Positions 12,677-27,029 are shown, counted from the stretch's first letter. The stretch is DNA of 64,000 nt from the human T2T-CHM13v2.0 reference genome, Homo sapiens (GCF_009914755.1 NC_060926.1); one strand, 5' to 3'. Program-made: numbers and translations. The notes: generated from the letters alone by a model not told the origin.

Positions 12677-13840
12677 TGCTGGACCTAAGGGAACTTCCCC
12701 TCCACTGTAGTCAGGTCCAATTTCATACTGCTCACTGCAAGACAGCCAATTAGTCAAGAGACATGATGTTGGGGTAAGGAAGGAGACTATTTTGGAAAGC
12801 CAGCACATTGAGAAGATAGCAGACTAAGGTCCTAAATAAGCTCTTAAAAGGTATGAATCTCTAGCTTCTTTTTATATTGGGGAAGGGACAACAAGGAGGT
12901 GGTTGGGGTCAAGAGATGACTGGTGGCCACAGATAGTTGGGCATTAGCAGCGTTCAGAAAAGGTTGCAAAACATGTTTGTTCAGAGTCAACTGTTTTTCA
13001 GATGACTAAACCAGACCATCTTGTTTCTATACATCTTTAGCATAATATTATTACTTCTTTGTATACTTCCTTATCTCCTCAGGGCCATTTTGAAAGAGAA
13101 ATAGTCATGAGTTCTAAAGTTAAACTATCATCTAAGCTATTTTTGTGATTTAGCTTAGCTTACATACAGGAAGGGGCAAAGGCAGTTAGCTTGTGAGGTT
13201 AGAAGCAAGATAGGGTCAGCCAGGTTAGATTTTTCTCACTGTTATATTGCCCTTGGAAGGTTGCTGAAAAATCAACTCATAATAAGGCAGATGAATATGA
13301 GAAAAGGCAAATTTATTAGATCATAGTTTTAAATGACATAAGAGCCTTCAGAATGAACACCCAACACCCCAGTGGAGTGCAGAAACTTATATACCATGTT
13401 GACATAACAGAAAGAAAGGAAGCTTGGATCCTTGCAAAACACATTATGGGAAGAGGGAGAAGAAGAATTCTCTTGAGGGTCAAACATAATTACTAGGTAG
13501 AATTTAATGGGCTTGATGAACTTACAGTCATCTAGGGCAAAAAATGGTGAGTTCTTAGAGTGGACAATGATTTGTGGACACAATTCTATCCAGGTTTGTT
13601 GACAGACTTTAGTCTTCCTTCTTCAATATGGGTTCATTTCATGAAGACTCTGGGAAGGGACTGGAGATAATTGTTTTTCTCTTTGACAGGTCTAGAATGT
13701 ATGCAAACAAGGAAGCTTCAGAGTATCCTATGCTATGGGAGAAGTGATAGGGGAGGAGGTCAGAGAGACCTGAGGCTTCTATATAAGTGCAGCATGTACA
13801 AAGCACTACATTTTGCGGTATCAGTTTCTGAACCCCCAAA
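12677..13840 (-). mobile_element. MER67/MER31-like LTR containing a nested MER4-group LTR (~12706-13246)
   Basis: agggaacttcccc is interrupted and resumes as ttgcccttggaaggttgctgaaaaatcaact; ends ggtatcagtttctgaacccccaa. Confidence 0.6.
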
Positions 13841-14228
13841 ATTGAAATACACCATAAAGTAATAGACTCAGTGCCTTTCTGCTATCCTTGTCCTGAGTGC
13901 CTAACAATGAAGGGTAGCCGAAAACTAACATCAGATGTAAGAACATCTGCAAAGCTGGAACATTCTGATGCTGCAAATTCCAGTTCTACTCCTCTGTTCC
14001 CACCCATATGTGAAACCCTCTGGCTTTGAGCTCTCTTTAATTTGAACTCCTATGTCTCCATTAAAGAGATAATTGTATTACCCTATCTTGTGAATATTTG
14101 TTTTCATACCCTTAGCAAAAAAATATTACCAAGAACTTGGTTTTGGGCTGAACCCACTTCAGCGATCTCATCCAGCTTCCTGAGCAAGGGGTAGAAAACT
14201 CTAGTGCTAGAAAGCCGAGAGTATCGTA

Positions 14229-14592
14229 TGTACTACATGGGAATTAAAAACGTTGATCTTATCGAGGTAAAGAGTAGAATGATTGTTACCAGTGGCTGGG
14301 AAGACTAGGGGGGAGGATAGTAAATAGAGACTGGTTAATATGCTCAAAAATACCTTTAGATAGAAGAAATAACTTTAGTGTTTAATAGCACAATAGGGTG
14401 ACTACAGTTAACAATAATTTATTGTACATTTCAACATAGAAGATTTGAAATATTCTCAACACAAAGAAATGATAAATGTTTGAAGTTACAGGTGTTCTAA
14501 ATATCCTGATCTGATCATTATACATAGTATGCATGTATCAAAATATCATGTGCACCTTATAAATATGTACAATTATATGTATCAATTTTTTA
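14229..14592 (+). mobile_element. L1MA-type 3' UTR fragment
   Basis: agagtagaatgattgttaccagtggctgggaa...tagggtgactacagttaacaataatttattgtacatttca...ataaatatgtacaatta. Confidence 0.85.
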
Positions 14593-17500
14593 AATTACCA
14601 AATTATTATGGATCATTTTATTATGTATCAATTTTAGCTAAAAAAATCTTGAAAACTTTAGCACTTTCAGGGAATATGTGTGTTGAATTTTTAAAAAGAG
14701 AGAAAAAAGTGAAACATTAAAGAAAAGAAAACCCTAATAGTTTGTTTCTCAAAATTCCACTTTTTTCAAAATGCTTTATTATAAACTGTGAAGAGATTCT
14801 AATTACAGGAGTGATTGGTTCTTTTACCCAGGAGAGCCAATGATGTTGCTTTTCAAGAGATAAAAACTGGGGTCAAGAAAAAGAAGTCAGGCCCATAACG
14901 TGGAAGTTCAGTGATGGCAGATCACCATATTTTCTTTCTTGTGGACAGGAGGAATAAAAGCAGCCTCTCAGACCATGTCTTCTGGCCATCTGATTGGTCC
15001 AGCCTAAGTTGAATGTTTATTCATTGACCAATCAACTGTGACTACTGTGAAAAGAGTTATGTTGAACAAACTTGCTGACCTGGTGCTTCACCAATCTAAC
15101 AAAGCGAGTGGGAGAGAGAAGTTGTATTTTTGGGAATTCAGTGCATGGGTAGGTAGGTGTATTTAATGTAACCTATTTGTGTTCATTACAAAGACAAAAT
15201 CTTTCAATATTATAGTAGGTATCTATGTCAAGAAGAAAAATAGGTTAGTATGACAAAATTGAATTTTATGAGCATTATTTCCTAAAAACTGGTGACTTTT
15301 TAAATCACACAAAACGCTCCAATTAAAAAATATATATTATAAAGTACCTATGATGTTCTAGAAATTTAGCCCAGTACCTCTCTCTGTTAAAATATGTGAG
15401 AACCCAAGGTGATAAAAATATTAATAAGAACCAACACTCACCAAAGTCCTACAGCTAGGAATAAGGAGAAGGAAATGGAGAGTAATAGAAATAGCTATCA
15501 GAACTCTTTTCTAGTTTACATTTATTCTAGTCCTAAAATGTATTCCAATTAGGTTAGCAGATTGATGCTGGAAATGACAAGGAGGCAGAGAAAGTACATT
15601 TTTGAGCAGTCATAGATATCTGTGGTTCTTTATTACACATGTTCCCCTGAATTCCATACCAAACTTGCCAGTATTTCAAATTAGAGCTTCACCTACATTT
15701 CTCCTAGAAAATATTGCTATAAACAGCTTTCAAGATTGTTTGGCATTATGCTTCTTGTAGTACGTGAGTCACTATATGAATTTTCTAAGCCCAGTCTGAG
15801 AACTAAACCTGATCTACATAATTTTTTCCTGTGGGAAAATGAGTTCAGAGTGTCAAATGTAGAGCCTGTCTTACAGTTGGGAAACCCTTAGCAGACCTTA
15901 GTGCCTGGAACTACATTTATATCTGGTACTCGGGGACGATTCTCAGCCCTCGTGGAAGAGGTATCCAAAACTCATGAGCCGTCAGCGGTAGCATATGGAC
16001 AATGGAGATGAATGAAATGTTTGAAATCAGTTGACTGTTGCCCAGTTTTCCTCCTCATGGTTCCATAATGAGTCATTAAGTTCTGGGCACTGAGGCTGCA
16101 GGTGATTCATTAAAAAAAATAAAAATAAAATAACACTTTGTTAATCTTTCCCATTTCTAAACCTCTGAAATATTAATGCCTCAACTCTGAATCTGTCACT
16201 TACCATGCAGTAAACTGTAGGAATCTGTGCACAAGTCTCTTCAATCAGCTGTAGACTTCTAAAAGGTAGGACATGATTTTGGACTTGGATTCCTCACCCA
16301 TGGAGCCCAGCTCCTTGCCTAGCATGTGCTCAGGGAGTACGTGCAGCCTGGATAAACATACTGGCCTGGAAGTTGCTACATTTTCTGGAGTATTTTATTT
16401 GATTATTCAGCTACTCCAGTGGTGATTTTCAAATTCCTCAACTTCTGAAATGGCATGCCTGACACACCAACTGGTTAGTGAAAGCTACTATCGCTGTGAA
16501 TCAACCAATAGATGAGAACATTTTGTAGTTGGAGAGACACAGATAAGTTAGTTTCATGCTATGAAAGACTCTACACTTTCTGTTTTTTTGTAATGGCCAA
16601 GAACGGTTCCATACAGCAATATGTATTCAGAGGAGCCAAAGGACACTAGACTTCCCAGGAAGACAGGGGAAGATATTTAGGGTAGAGGACAGATTATTAG
16701 AAAAAACACAATGGCAGAAATGGTACGAATGAGACTTAAGAAACCAAAGGTTGGTCTACTTGTTTTTGTATTCTTTAACATCAAAATGAAGTTGGTATAA
16801 GCTAACAGCATTGTCATTGGCTTCAGATTCTTGATCAGCAGATTAATTGCAGTGGGAGCTTTTAGAAATGGGCAGTAGAAGAGCTATCATCCTCTTTATT
16901 CTCATGTTCAGGTGGAGTTTCCCCCTTTATATAAGGCCAAAAATCACAGCAGCAAAAACAGAAAAAGGAGATTTGCAACTTTTCCTCAGCTTCTGCAATA
17001 ACATAATATTGTGTTTTCATGATTAAGCATGTTAATTTTAATCTGTGACAGTTGTATATAAGTGCTTCAGATATGACTACCCATTGTATGACTTCAAATA
17101 TGACTACCATTTGTATGACAGTTCCATATTCAGTACACACTAAACAATGCAAAATTAGTGAACCATTTTTAATAGTAGTTTTATACAACTAGGCACAGAT
17201 ATTTATAACGGTATATAATTTTACTCAACAGATATAAAATATTCTCAATCAGTGAAAAAAAAGACCTTTTCTCAAAGGAGATTAGCATTCCTGGGTGTGA
17301 AGGGGTTATGGTAGTGAGGTTAGTGTCAACTAACATATTCAATATGCTGCTATGATCTCATAGTTAGAAAGTAAATATATATTGTTTTCATAATATAAAC
17401 TGTAGAAATTTGGTCCCTCAAAATCTCCTTGATTGGAGAAACAAAGGATAAAAATGGCTGGAAATTATTAAAATCCACTATAAGTTTCTTGTAGGAAGAA

Positions 17501-18489
17501 AATATGTCTCCTGGTATTTTTATCTCTCTGCTTTGCTTTTCTTCCTGGCACTTAAGAGGCTCATGGTCCTTGCTGTCGAAACTCTAAGGTTGTGACTTAT
17601 TAAATGTGAGCTCTCTCTTACATTATCCTCATGAATAGGCAATATTTAGGGGGTAGTCCTCAAGATGTTTACATTCTAGTGGAGAAGACAGTTCAATAAA
17701 CAAACAGTTAAAATGTAGTATGTTAAGGTTTAAGCCTAGGGTGTTGTGGGAGTGGATTAGAACATCCAGTCCATACTGGAGTTAAACAGAAAAACAAGCA
17801 AACAAGCAAACAAAGAAAAACACCTGATAAAATATTTGTATAAATACTGTAGAATAATTACCTTAGCAAACCTTGATCAGTAAAGACCACCTATTCTCAG
17901 AGATCCTCTTACAAAGAGAATATTCTGTATTTTCCTTGTTCCTCATTCATTGTGAAAAGGAAAAAATGAAACACTCTTCAATCTACACATTAGCTTCTGT
18001 GGGAGTTATTGCTGTACATTTGGGAAAATAACTTATGGATAAGATGTTTTGAAGTGTTTAATTAGAAATATCTTCCTTTCTGCCTTCATGACATAGAATG
18101 TGGAGGCATTATTCAGAACCCTTTCAAAAAATATTTCTAAATCAAATTACTTTTAATGTAGTGAGATGTTTGTTCACATGAATAAATATTTTTTTCAATT
18201 GAGATGTATGAAACCAATTAGGTCTCTATTTATCTCTGCTTGGCAACTGGGTACTGACTTCTCAGCATGAGGCTGAGAACGGCAGTACGTGTTGCAGGCG
18301 GCTCTATGTGCAATGAGGAGGCCGAGTGCCTCAGTCTCTTCCTGCCCTCAACAGTGTAACTGACAATCCCAGGAGTTAGTGAACCGCATTAAGCCTGAAA
18401 GCAATAATGCTTTATCAGAAGGTGGATTTCCAAAAATAAGTTGTTTTCTTTCCTTTAATCATGTAAGCTCACTGATTAAGTAGGATAAT

Positions 18490-19110
18490 AGAGCATAGTA
18501 ATTAAGTTTGTCCTGGACTCAGAAGGCATGGCTTCTAAGTCTCGTTTTTACCAACAATGGGACTGCATTCATGTTACCTGACTTCTTTGTGGCATCATCT
18601 CCTCCTCTGGGGAATGCTAGTCATGACTGTACCTCATGCATGAGTTGCGAAAAGGATTGAATCATGGGTGATCGGTGATGGGAGGAAGAATACTAGGAAA
18701 TGCTGCTTTGCATGTTTTCCATGAGATCTCTGTGCAGGCCAATAGCTGTACAACGAAGATAATAACATTGCTTATTTTGAAAGGGTTGGGAAAATCAAAT
18801 AAGTTAATACAAACAAAGAGTTTAGAGCAATACTTAATATATTATAGGCATGGGTTAGTGTTTAGAAACATGCACATGTTAGACTATGACACTTATAGTT
18901 CTTGAATTATTAGTATGGGATATTCACTTTATATTATCTTCCTTTAATTTTATTTTCATAATGACCTTATAAAGTATTATTATTCCCTTCATAGATGTCA
19001 AAACTGAGACTCAAGCTCAGTGGAGATCAGTTACACTGCATTACTTACTTAAGTGGCCAAGACGGAATTTACTTAAAGTTGATTGACATCTGAGGTTGTG
19101 CTTTATTTTG
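18490..19110. mobile_element. MIR fragments in both orientations
   Basis: Degenerate MIR cores (~18490-18665 +; ~18920-19110 -, atagatgtcaaaactgagactca). Confidence 0.5.
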
Positions 19111-19719
19111 AACACTGACTGGAATAATTCCAGAAAATTCTATTTTTTATAATAAAAACGTGAAGCTCTTAACCACAGCTGGAAAACCATTCTTTCAAGT
19201 TAAAGAAGTCGAATCAAGAACCTCTTTCACTTAAATATGATGTAGCCAATATGCAAATGAGCCGGCACTGAAGGTTCTACTAATGACAGTGAGTTCAAGT
19301 GGGTGCCCCATAGCACAAAGGGGCACCAGGCTTCAATCAGCTCTTAGCCACAGGGAGATGGACAGCTGTGGGCCTGAGTGTTTTCCTAGAATAATTCACT
19401 TTCTCTAAGAATCCAGGGACTTCTCCTAGATATTTTAATCATCTCTATTTGCTCTGAAAGGCCTGTGTGCATGTGTGAGAAAATGTGTTTGGTTTTCATG
19501 CAGTGCCATTTGTAAAGAGGACCTTGAGGCTGAGCCATGATGGCTGCATTTAGTAAATAATGAATAATGAATGGAGGGAAATATTGAAAGAAAAAAAATC
19601 TGTGAATTTGCACAGCCCCAATGAAATTAAATGGAACAAGTCTCTATCAATTTAAGCAAACTTATCATACAGAATTTAATACTTATGAAATTGATAAACT
19701 AATAATAAAAAGATAAAAG

Positions 19720-19880
19720 CTACCATATATTAATTTCCTACTCTGAGCATGTTACCTTCCATACATTATCTTACGTATCTTTTACACCAATCACTTGGGG
19801 CAGATAATTCTTTCATTTTGCAGATGTCAAAGCAGAAAATTAGAGAGATTAAGTAATTAAGCAAGGCTACACAGCAAGTA
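19720..19880 (-). mobile_element. MIR
   Basis: cattttgcagatgtcaaagcagaaaattagagagattaagtaattaagcaaggctacacagc. Confidence 0.6.
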
Positions 19881-19954
19881 ATAGTAACAATAAATGCCAT
19901 TTATTGAGCCATTAGCATATGTTAGACACTGTTTCAAGTGGATATCAGGTATTT

Positions 19955-20530
<576 letters not shown>

Positions 20531-20889
20531 GGAGGGCATTTTGGGGAAGCAAGTGAGGAAATGAATTTCAACACCCAAGATGAAGCACTGATGGGTTACA
20601 TCTGTGCAAATCTAGTTACCTGTCATTGCAGCAGGGACCAGAATGAAAACTGAGGTCAAGAGCATGAACAGTGTACTCAGGGAATGTCAGACTTAGGGGC
20701 TTACACAGAACTTGGCTGTCATGTTCCTTTCCCCACTCACTACTATAGTGTAGTTGTTAAGAATGCATTCTTTAGAAACAGTCCTCCTTGGTTCCAATAG
20801 TATCTCTAGAGGAGTGCCTGAAAGCAAACTATTTAAACTCATTGAAAGTTTCCTTAGCTGTGAGTCGAAGAAAGTGATAAATTATGCCT

Positions 20890-21234
20890 AAAATGAACTG
20901 AATGATTATGTCTCCCCCCAATTCATATGTTGAAATGCTAACCCCCATGGTGATGGTGTTGGGTAGTGGGCCATTTGGGAGGTAATTATGTTATGAGGGC
21001 AGAGGCTTCATGAATGAGATTAGTGTCTTAGGTCTCTCTCCCTTTCTACCACGTGAGGATACAGCAGAAAGGTATCATCTTTGAGCCAGAAATCAGGTCC
21101 TCACCAGACACCAAATCTGCTCTGATCTTTTACTTCTCAGCTTGCAAAATTGTGACAAATAAATTTTGTCTTGTTTAAAAATCACCAGTTTATGACATTT
21201 TGTCCAACAATAGCAGTTGAAATGGACTAAGACA
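20890..21234 (+). mobile_element. MLT1A/MST-type MaLR LTR
   Basis: ctgaatg..gtctccccccaattcatatgttgaaat...gactaagaca. Confidence 0.78.
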
Positions 21235-21518
21235 ATGTCCCATAAAGTGCTGGTAGGATTAGTAAGTTCTTTGATCTCACTTCCTACCACTGTCTTTATC
21301 ACGGACTCTTCTGAATGCATGCTGCCCCCATATCCCGTGCTCCTATCCAATTCTGTCACGCATACCCTTGTTTAAATGCTTTGCTCTTAAACTTCGCTTT
21401 ACCTACATCACTCTTACCCCAGATATTATTATTGCTTCTCCAGTTTTCTTTTTCATGTCTTTGCCCTAATGTTATCTCCTTAGAGTCTCTATAAGGACCT
21501 TACAAAAGTGTGTGCCTT

Positions 21519-21787
21519 GACTGGGCACGATGGCTTATGCCTGTAATCCCAGCACTTTGGGAGGCCAAGGCGGGTAGATCACAATGTCAGGAGTTTGAGA
21601 CCAGCCTGACCAATCTACTACTAAAAATACAAAAATTAGCTGAGTGTGGTGGCGTGTGCCTGTAATCCCAGCTACTCAGCAAGCTGAGGCGGGAGAATCG
21701 CTTGAACCAGGGAGGCGGAGGTTGCAGTGGAGATCGCGCCACTGCACTCCAGCCTGGGAAACATAGTGAGACTCTGTCTCAAAAAAA
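21519..21787 (+). mobile_element. AluS with a short internal deletion in the left arm
   Basis: Alu lacking the atggtgaaaccccg segment; 10-bp TSD tgtgtgcctt (21509-21518 / 21805-21814). Confidence 0.92.
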
Positions 21788-22689
21788 TATATATATAATA
21801 ATAATGTGTGCCTTGCCAGGTGACGCTTGTCCTAACTGGAGGTCTTCCTTCACCTTCATCATTGTCTTTAGTCTGGTTAGGAGGTCAAGTCTCAGCACAG
21901 CACAAACATGCAGTCCAATATCTGGAAGGAAATAAATTCAAACAGAGAAAGAAGAAAAACAACCAGCATCTACATAATAAGACACCAGTAGGAATTAGGG
22001 GAGGAGGACTGGGAATGGATATTGAGAAGGTTGGAGCTGGAGGGGCAAGGCTGGAGTATAAATTTGGATAGAAAAGAATTTAATAACCTGGGAGCAATGG
22101 CCTATGCCTGAAGTTTAACATCTGAAGAGGTCAGCCAGAAGGAGCTTCAATGTACTGTGGGGGTAGAGCTTCAAAGCTCGAGCATAAGAATGATTAACAG
22201 TAAATACCATAGAGATGGCAGGGCTGCAGTGTCAGAGCATTGAAGTAAGGGCCAGGAGGTTTAGGGAAGCAGAAGTGGAAATGTGGTAATTGATTTATTC
22301 TGTAAAACCAAAACAACAACAACAAAAGTCTTCATTATGTTTCCCAGGCAGGCTGATGGGGCACACCTTTAATATTGATGCAGGCCCTCCTCTGGAGGCT
22401 AAAGCTCACAACAGGAGATGCTGCCATAGATCTGAGCTCCCTAGAATAAATGCAGATAATGAGCAGATGGTATCAGTGCAGAAGATGAGATTCTGGAAGG
22501 GCAGAGGCCAGGTGATGGCATTGAACTGTCAGGGGCAAGGTGTAATTACGAAAATGTAGGAAAGCTAGAGTGACAAGGAGGGTGGCTTTGTACCCTGACA
22601 TCTGTGGTGAGGGCTAACAGGTTATGGCATTCAATGAGGCACGATAGGTCAATGCCTGGTTGTGGTGTTATTTCACTTGTATGACAAAA

Positions 22690-22860
22690 GAAAAAGAAAC
22701 AAAGACACACAGAGAGAGATAGAAAAGAAAGAAAAAGAAAGAGAAGGAGAGGAAAAAAGGAAAAGAAGGATGGAAGGAAGGAAGGAAAGAAGGAAAGAAG
22801 GAAGAGAGGGAGGGAGGCAGGGAGGGAAGGGAAGGATGAAAGAAGTGAAGAAAGGAAGAG
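22690..22860. repeat. GA-rich polypurine tract, (GGAA)n/(GGGA)n
   Basis: Directly visible. Confidence 0.9.
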
Positions 22861-23844
22861 CGTAAACTGCTGCCCAGGAGGCAGATGACAGCCTGCACAG
22901 AAAACTGTGGCTCCCAATGTAAGACAGTTCATAGGCCTGGAACTCACTGAGGGAGACAGCATAAGGGAGAATTCTGCAATGCCACCACAAGTACTAATGC
23001 TAAATGTTCCCCAGGTCCTTCCCCACAAAAAACCATGATCACAAATATGACTAAAATTGCACAGGAGACAAAAGGAACTCAGGTTTTTAAAATAGTTGTT
23101 GGCTTTGAGTTCTGATGTAACACTGGTACCAGAAAAACCGAAATGCTATCAGAGTCTTCCAACTCTAAAGGCCCTATTGAGACCAGTTATGATTGGAGTT
23201 CTTGGCCAAGCCATCTCTCAATGGATTAAGTCTTTCTGCAGATTGCCCCGGTTATCGTTTCCCTAGTCTTCAAGTGTATAATTAGGATAAATATATTTGA
23301 TAGCTGGCAGAATCCTCATTTTGGTTCCATGACTTGTGGAATCAGAGGTATGTTGATAGTAAGGAGGAAGTGAAGTCCCTGACATGACCCTGTGTCCCGC
23401 TTTCCCCCTTCAGCAAAGGTAGTAGTAAATCAGGAGTTATAAATGCACCTATAGGAATTGTAGAGATTAAGCCACCATTAAAGATGCAAAGTTCTAAAGG
23501 ATGCTGCCATATGTTGCCATTATAATCACATTCAAGGAGTTTGCCTGACCCCTGAAAATAAAAGTGGCTCTTGAAAAATGTTCACTGGCCTACTGTAAAC
23601 TTTGTACAGCATGATGCCACAATCGTGGCAATCCTTTGGCAAAGTTTACAGTAGGCTACATATCAAAGCCTCTGGCATTCAGTATGTGGCTATGAATCTG
23701 GTGAATATACTCTCTTCAAAACACATAAGTAAGAAGGAACAAAAAAAGCTGCAATCAATGCGGGAAAAACTGCTATGTTAACTGTCCCCAGGCATAGTTA
23801 ATATGTTTGCTTTCTGTTACAATATAGAAAGGGACCTTGATCAT

Positions 23845-24189
23845 TGCTATGGACTGAATGCTGTGTCCTCCTAAAATTCATGTGTTGAAACCTACTCCCC
23901 AATAAAAAGATATTAGAAAATGAGGCCTTTGGGCTCTGCCCTCATGAATAGAATTAGTGTCCTTATAAAAGAGGCCACAGAAGGACCTGCCACCCCTTTC
24001 ACTATGTGAGAATACAGTGAGAAGTTGGCCGTCTATCAACCCAGAAGCCGACTGACATCAGAAACCAAATCTATCGGCACCTTGATTGTGGATGTCCCAG
24101 CCTCTAGAACTAAAAAAAATACTCTTTTGTTGTTTATAAAACACCCAGTCTATAATATTTTTGTTATAGCAGCCTGAAGGACTAAGTCA
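23845..24189 (+). mobile_element. MLT1A-type MaLR solo LTR inserted in the ERVL RT
   Basis: tgctatggactgaatg...aattcatgtgttgaaacct...tgttatagcagcctgaaggactaag. Confidence 0.85.
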
Positions 24190-24789
24190 GCTTTATTATC
24201 TCTAGAACTTTTGGCTAATCCACTATACTGATGACATAATGTGAAGAAGGTCTTATTTGTAGGGTAGCAAGTAGACTATAAATATTCTAGTAAAACACAT
24301 ATGTGACAGGAGACAAGAGATAAACTCAACAAGCATTTAGGGGTCTGAATATAATTTGATTCTCATGGACCCGATAGTTTGGAACATGCTGGTACCTTGT
24401 GTCTGAGGTAAAAGACAAGTGGTTGCTTCTCATACCTGCTATTATCAAGCATGAGGTGTAGCAATGGATGTGGCTCTTTGGTTTTGCTGTCAGCCTATTC
24501 TGTACTTGGAATAATGCTCCATATTATTTGTCTGGTGATTTGAAAGGCTGATAGTTTTGAGTAGGATCTAGAAAATGAGAGAATCTTCAGCAGGTCCAGG
24601 TATGGTGGACATCACTACAGTCATAGGACCTTATAGACACAATGGAGCTATGGCATATGTAATAGATAAGGCTGCCATATAAAGTTGGCAAGCTCCAATA
24701 CAAGAGTTGCAGAGCTTAACTCTAGGGTTGTAAAGAAAGACTATGTCTATGGTGGCAGAAGATGACTGAATGTTTTAAAAGCAGATGTT

Positions 24790-25182
<393 letters not shown>

Positions 25183-26016
25183 AAGCAGCTGCTATTATGG
25201 CAAGTGCTGTCCTGGAGAGAGCTCTTGCCCTAGGAATATCTGGTGATGATGCAACTGGAGCTATTGAAGTCTTAAGTGAGAAATGATATATTAAACTCTC
25301 AGATAAGGTGCCTGCTCAAGGACAGGTAGCATTGAGGAGCCACCTTCTAAAGGTATGGGCTGAATAAGCAGTTAATATACTAGGTCATGTTCCTAAGAGC
25401 TAGAGTCTATGAAACCAAAGGTACAAGTAACATGCTCGTTTCACCATCATTCACAATGATGTGCTTATAAAATTTATTTTCACTTTCCCCACAAACCTAG
25501 CCTCTGATGTAATGAAAATGCTTGTTTTGGGGGCAGAGGTAGAAAAACCTTTTCATCAGTTTGCAGGGAAAAATTAACCCTCATTGCAGAGCTGCTGCTT
25601 CATAATATGGACAGTGACAAGTGTATCTCACAATCTGTGAATTCACTAGAGTGACTCTTGATGCTTCTATACAGGTAGTGAGGGTGAAGGGGCCATGATA
25701 GCAATCCTGACCAAATAGCACAAGGCAGCTGAGGACATAAAGTACTTAAGGATAAAAGTCTGGATCATTCTACCAGGAAAGCAAATTAGTTTAGCCAAAG
25801 TACGGAATTTTATAATTTGGGGTGGAAAAGGAAAATAATAAAAAATCAATTATTGCTTCAAGTATAGCTGCAATAGTAAGGATTCTAGCTTATTTCATTA
25901 ATCCTTTGTATGAAACCTTTGCAGAAGTTGTAGTTGGCCAACGAATTGAAGGAAATTCTGTGACAGGGTGGACGTAATATAAGGCAAAAATAGGACAGAG
26001 AAGAGCAAGGAGTGGG

Positions 26017-26420
26017 CTGCCTTGCTGCCTTTGTGCACTGTGTCATATCCTCCGAAGCCCACCTCGTATTCTAACCACTGCTGGGCTGACTAGTTCTGCA
26101 TAGGTGTTAATCAGTTCACGCAAGTGCAACCTGCTGGTGATTTGCCTTGGAACACTTCTGCCCTAGGGTTTCTTTCACTTTGCGACGTGCCATATCCACA
26201 GGAACCTGCTTATCACTCATCATGTGCATCCAAAAATAGAAGTTCACGGTCATGTGGTCACTTTGACCAACTGGGGGAAGAAGTCAATGGATGAATGCTC
26301 TTCCCTTAGCCCCCCAGGCAGCTAGTTACTTGTCAGGAAAGCCTGTGATGATGGACAACTGACTAATGAATGATTTGGCTTTCTCTCCTTTCTTGTCCAC
26401 CCCCCAACCCTGCTACCTGT
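26017..26420 (+). mobile_element. LTR33/LTR16-type ERVL LTR (probable 3' LTR of the adjacent ERVL)
   Basis: Follows purine-rich agagcaaggagtgggc; degenerate catatcctcc..gcccacct..tagttctgc resembles LTR33. Confidence 0.45.
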
Positions 26421-26718
26421 AATGACATAAAAATGTGTTTTTTAAACAATTCAAATATTTTATGATAAAGATAACTTCAATTTCAGGGTTGGAAGTAGGT
26501 AAAGGCAGCTAAAAAATTGATACTCCATGCCATAATTAAGCAACCTAATCCAAATATCAATCTCACCACTGATTTTTCAACAAGCTCTCCGTTCTGCCTG
26601 ATCATCTCTAATTGGAACCAGAACCCTGTTCACCCAGATGCAAATTACTGTTTTCCTCTTGACTTCATGATAGCCAGGAAGAAACATGATTTTATTTATT
26701 ATTATTATCATCATCATG

Positions 26719-27004
<286 letters not shown>

Positions 27005-27029
27005 AATTTTATTTTTAAAGAGAACAGGA

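Noticed and set aside
14820-14960. Possible + strand exons after polypyrimidine-AG acceptors (14831; also 35140)
   Set aside because: No convincing paired donor, coding signal or homology; such sites are common by chance
22546-23028. Hydrophobic or charged ORFs of 67-160 aa (also 53883-54279 and 12028-12225)
   Set aside because: Translations of GA/CT/TA simple repeats
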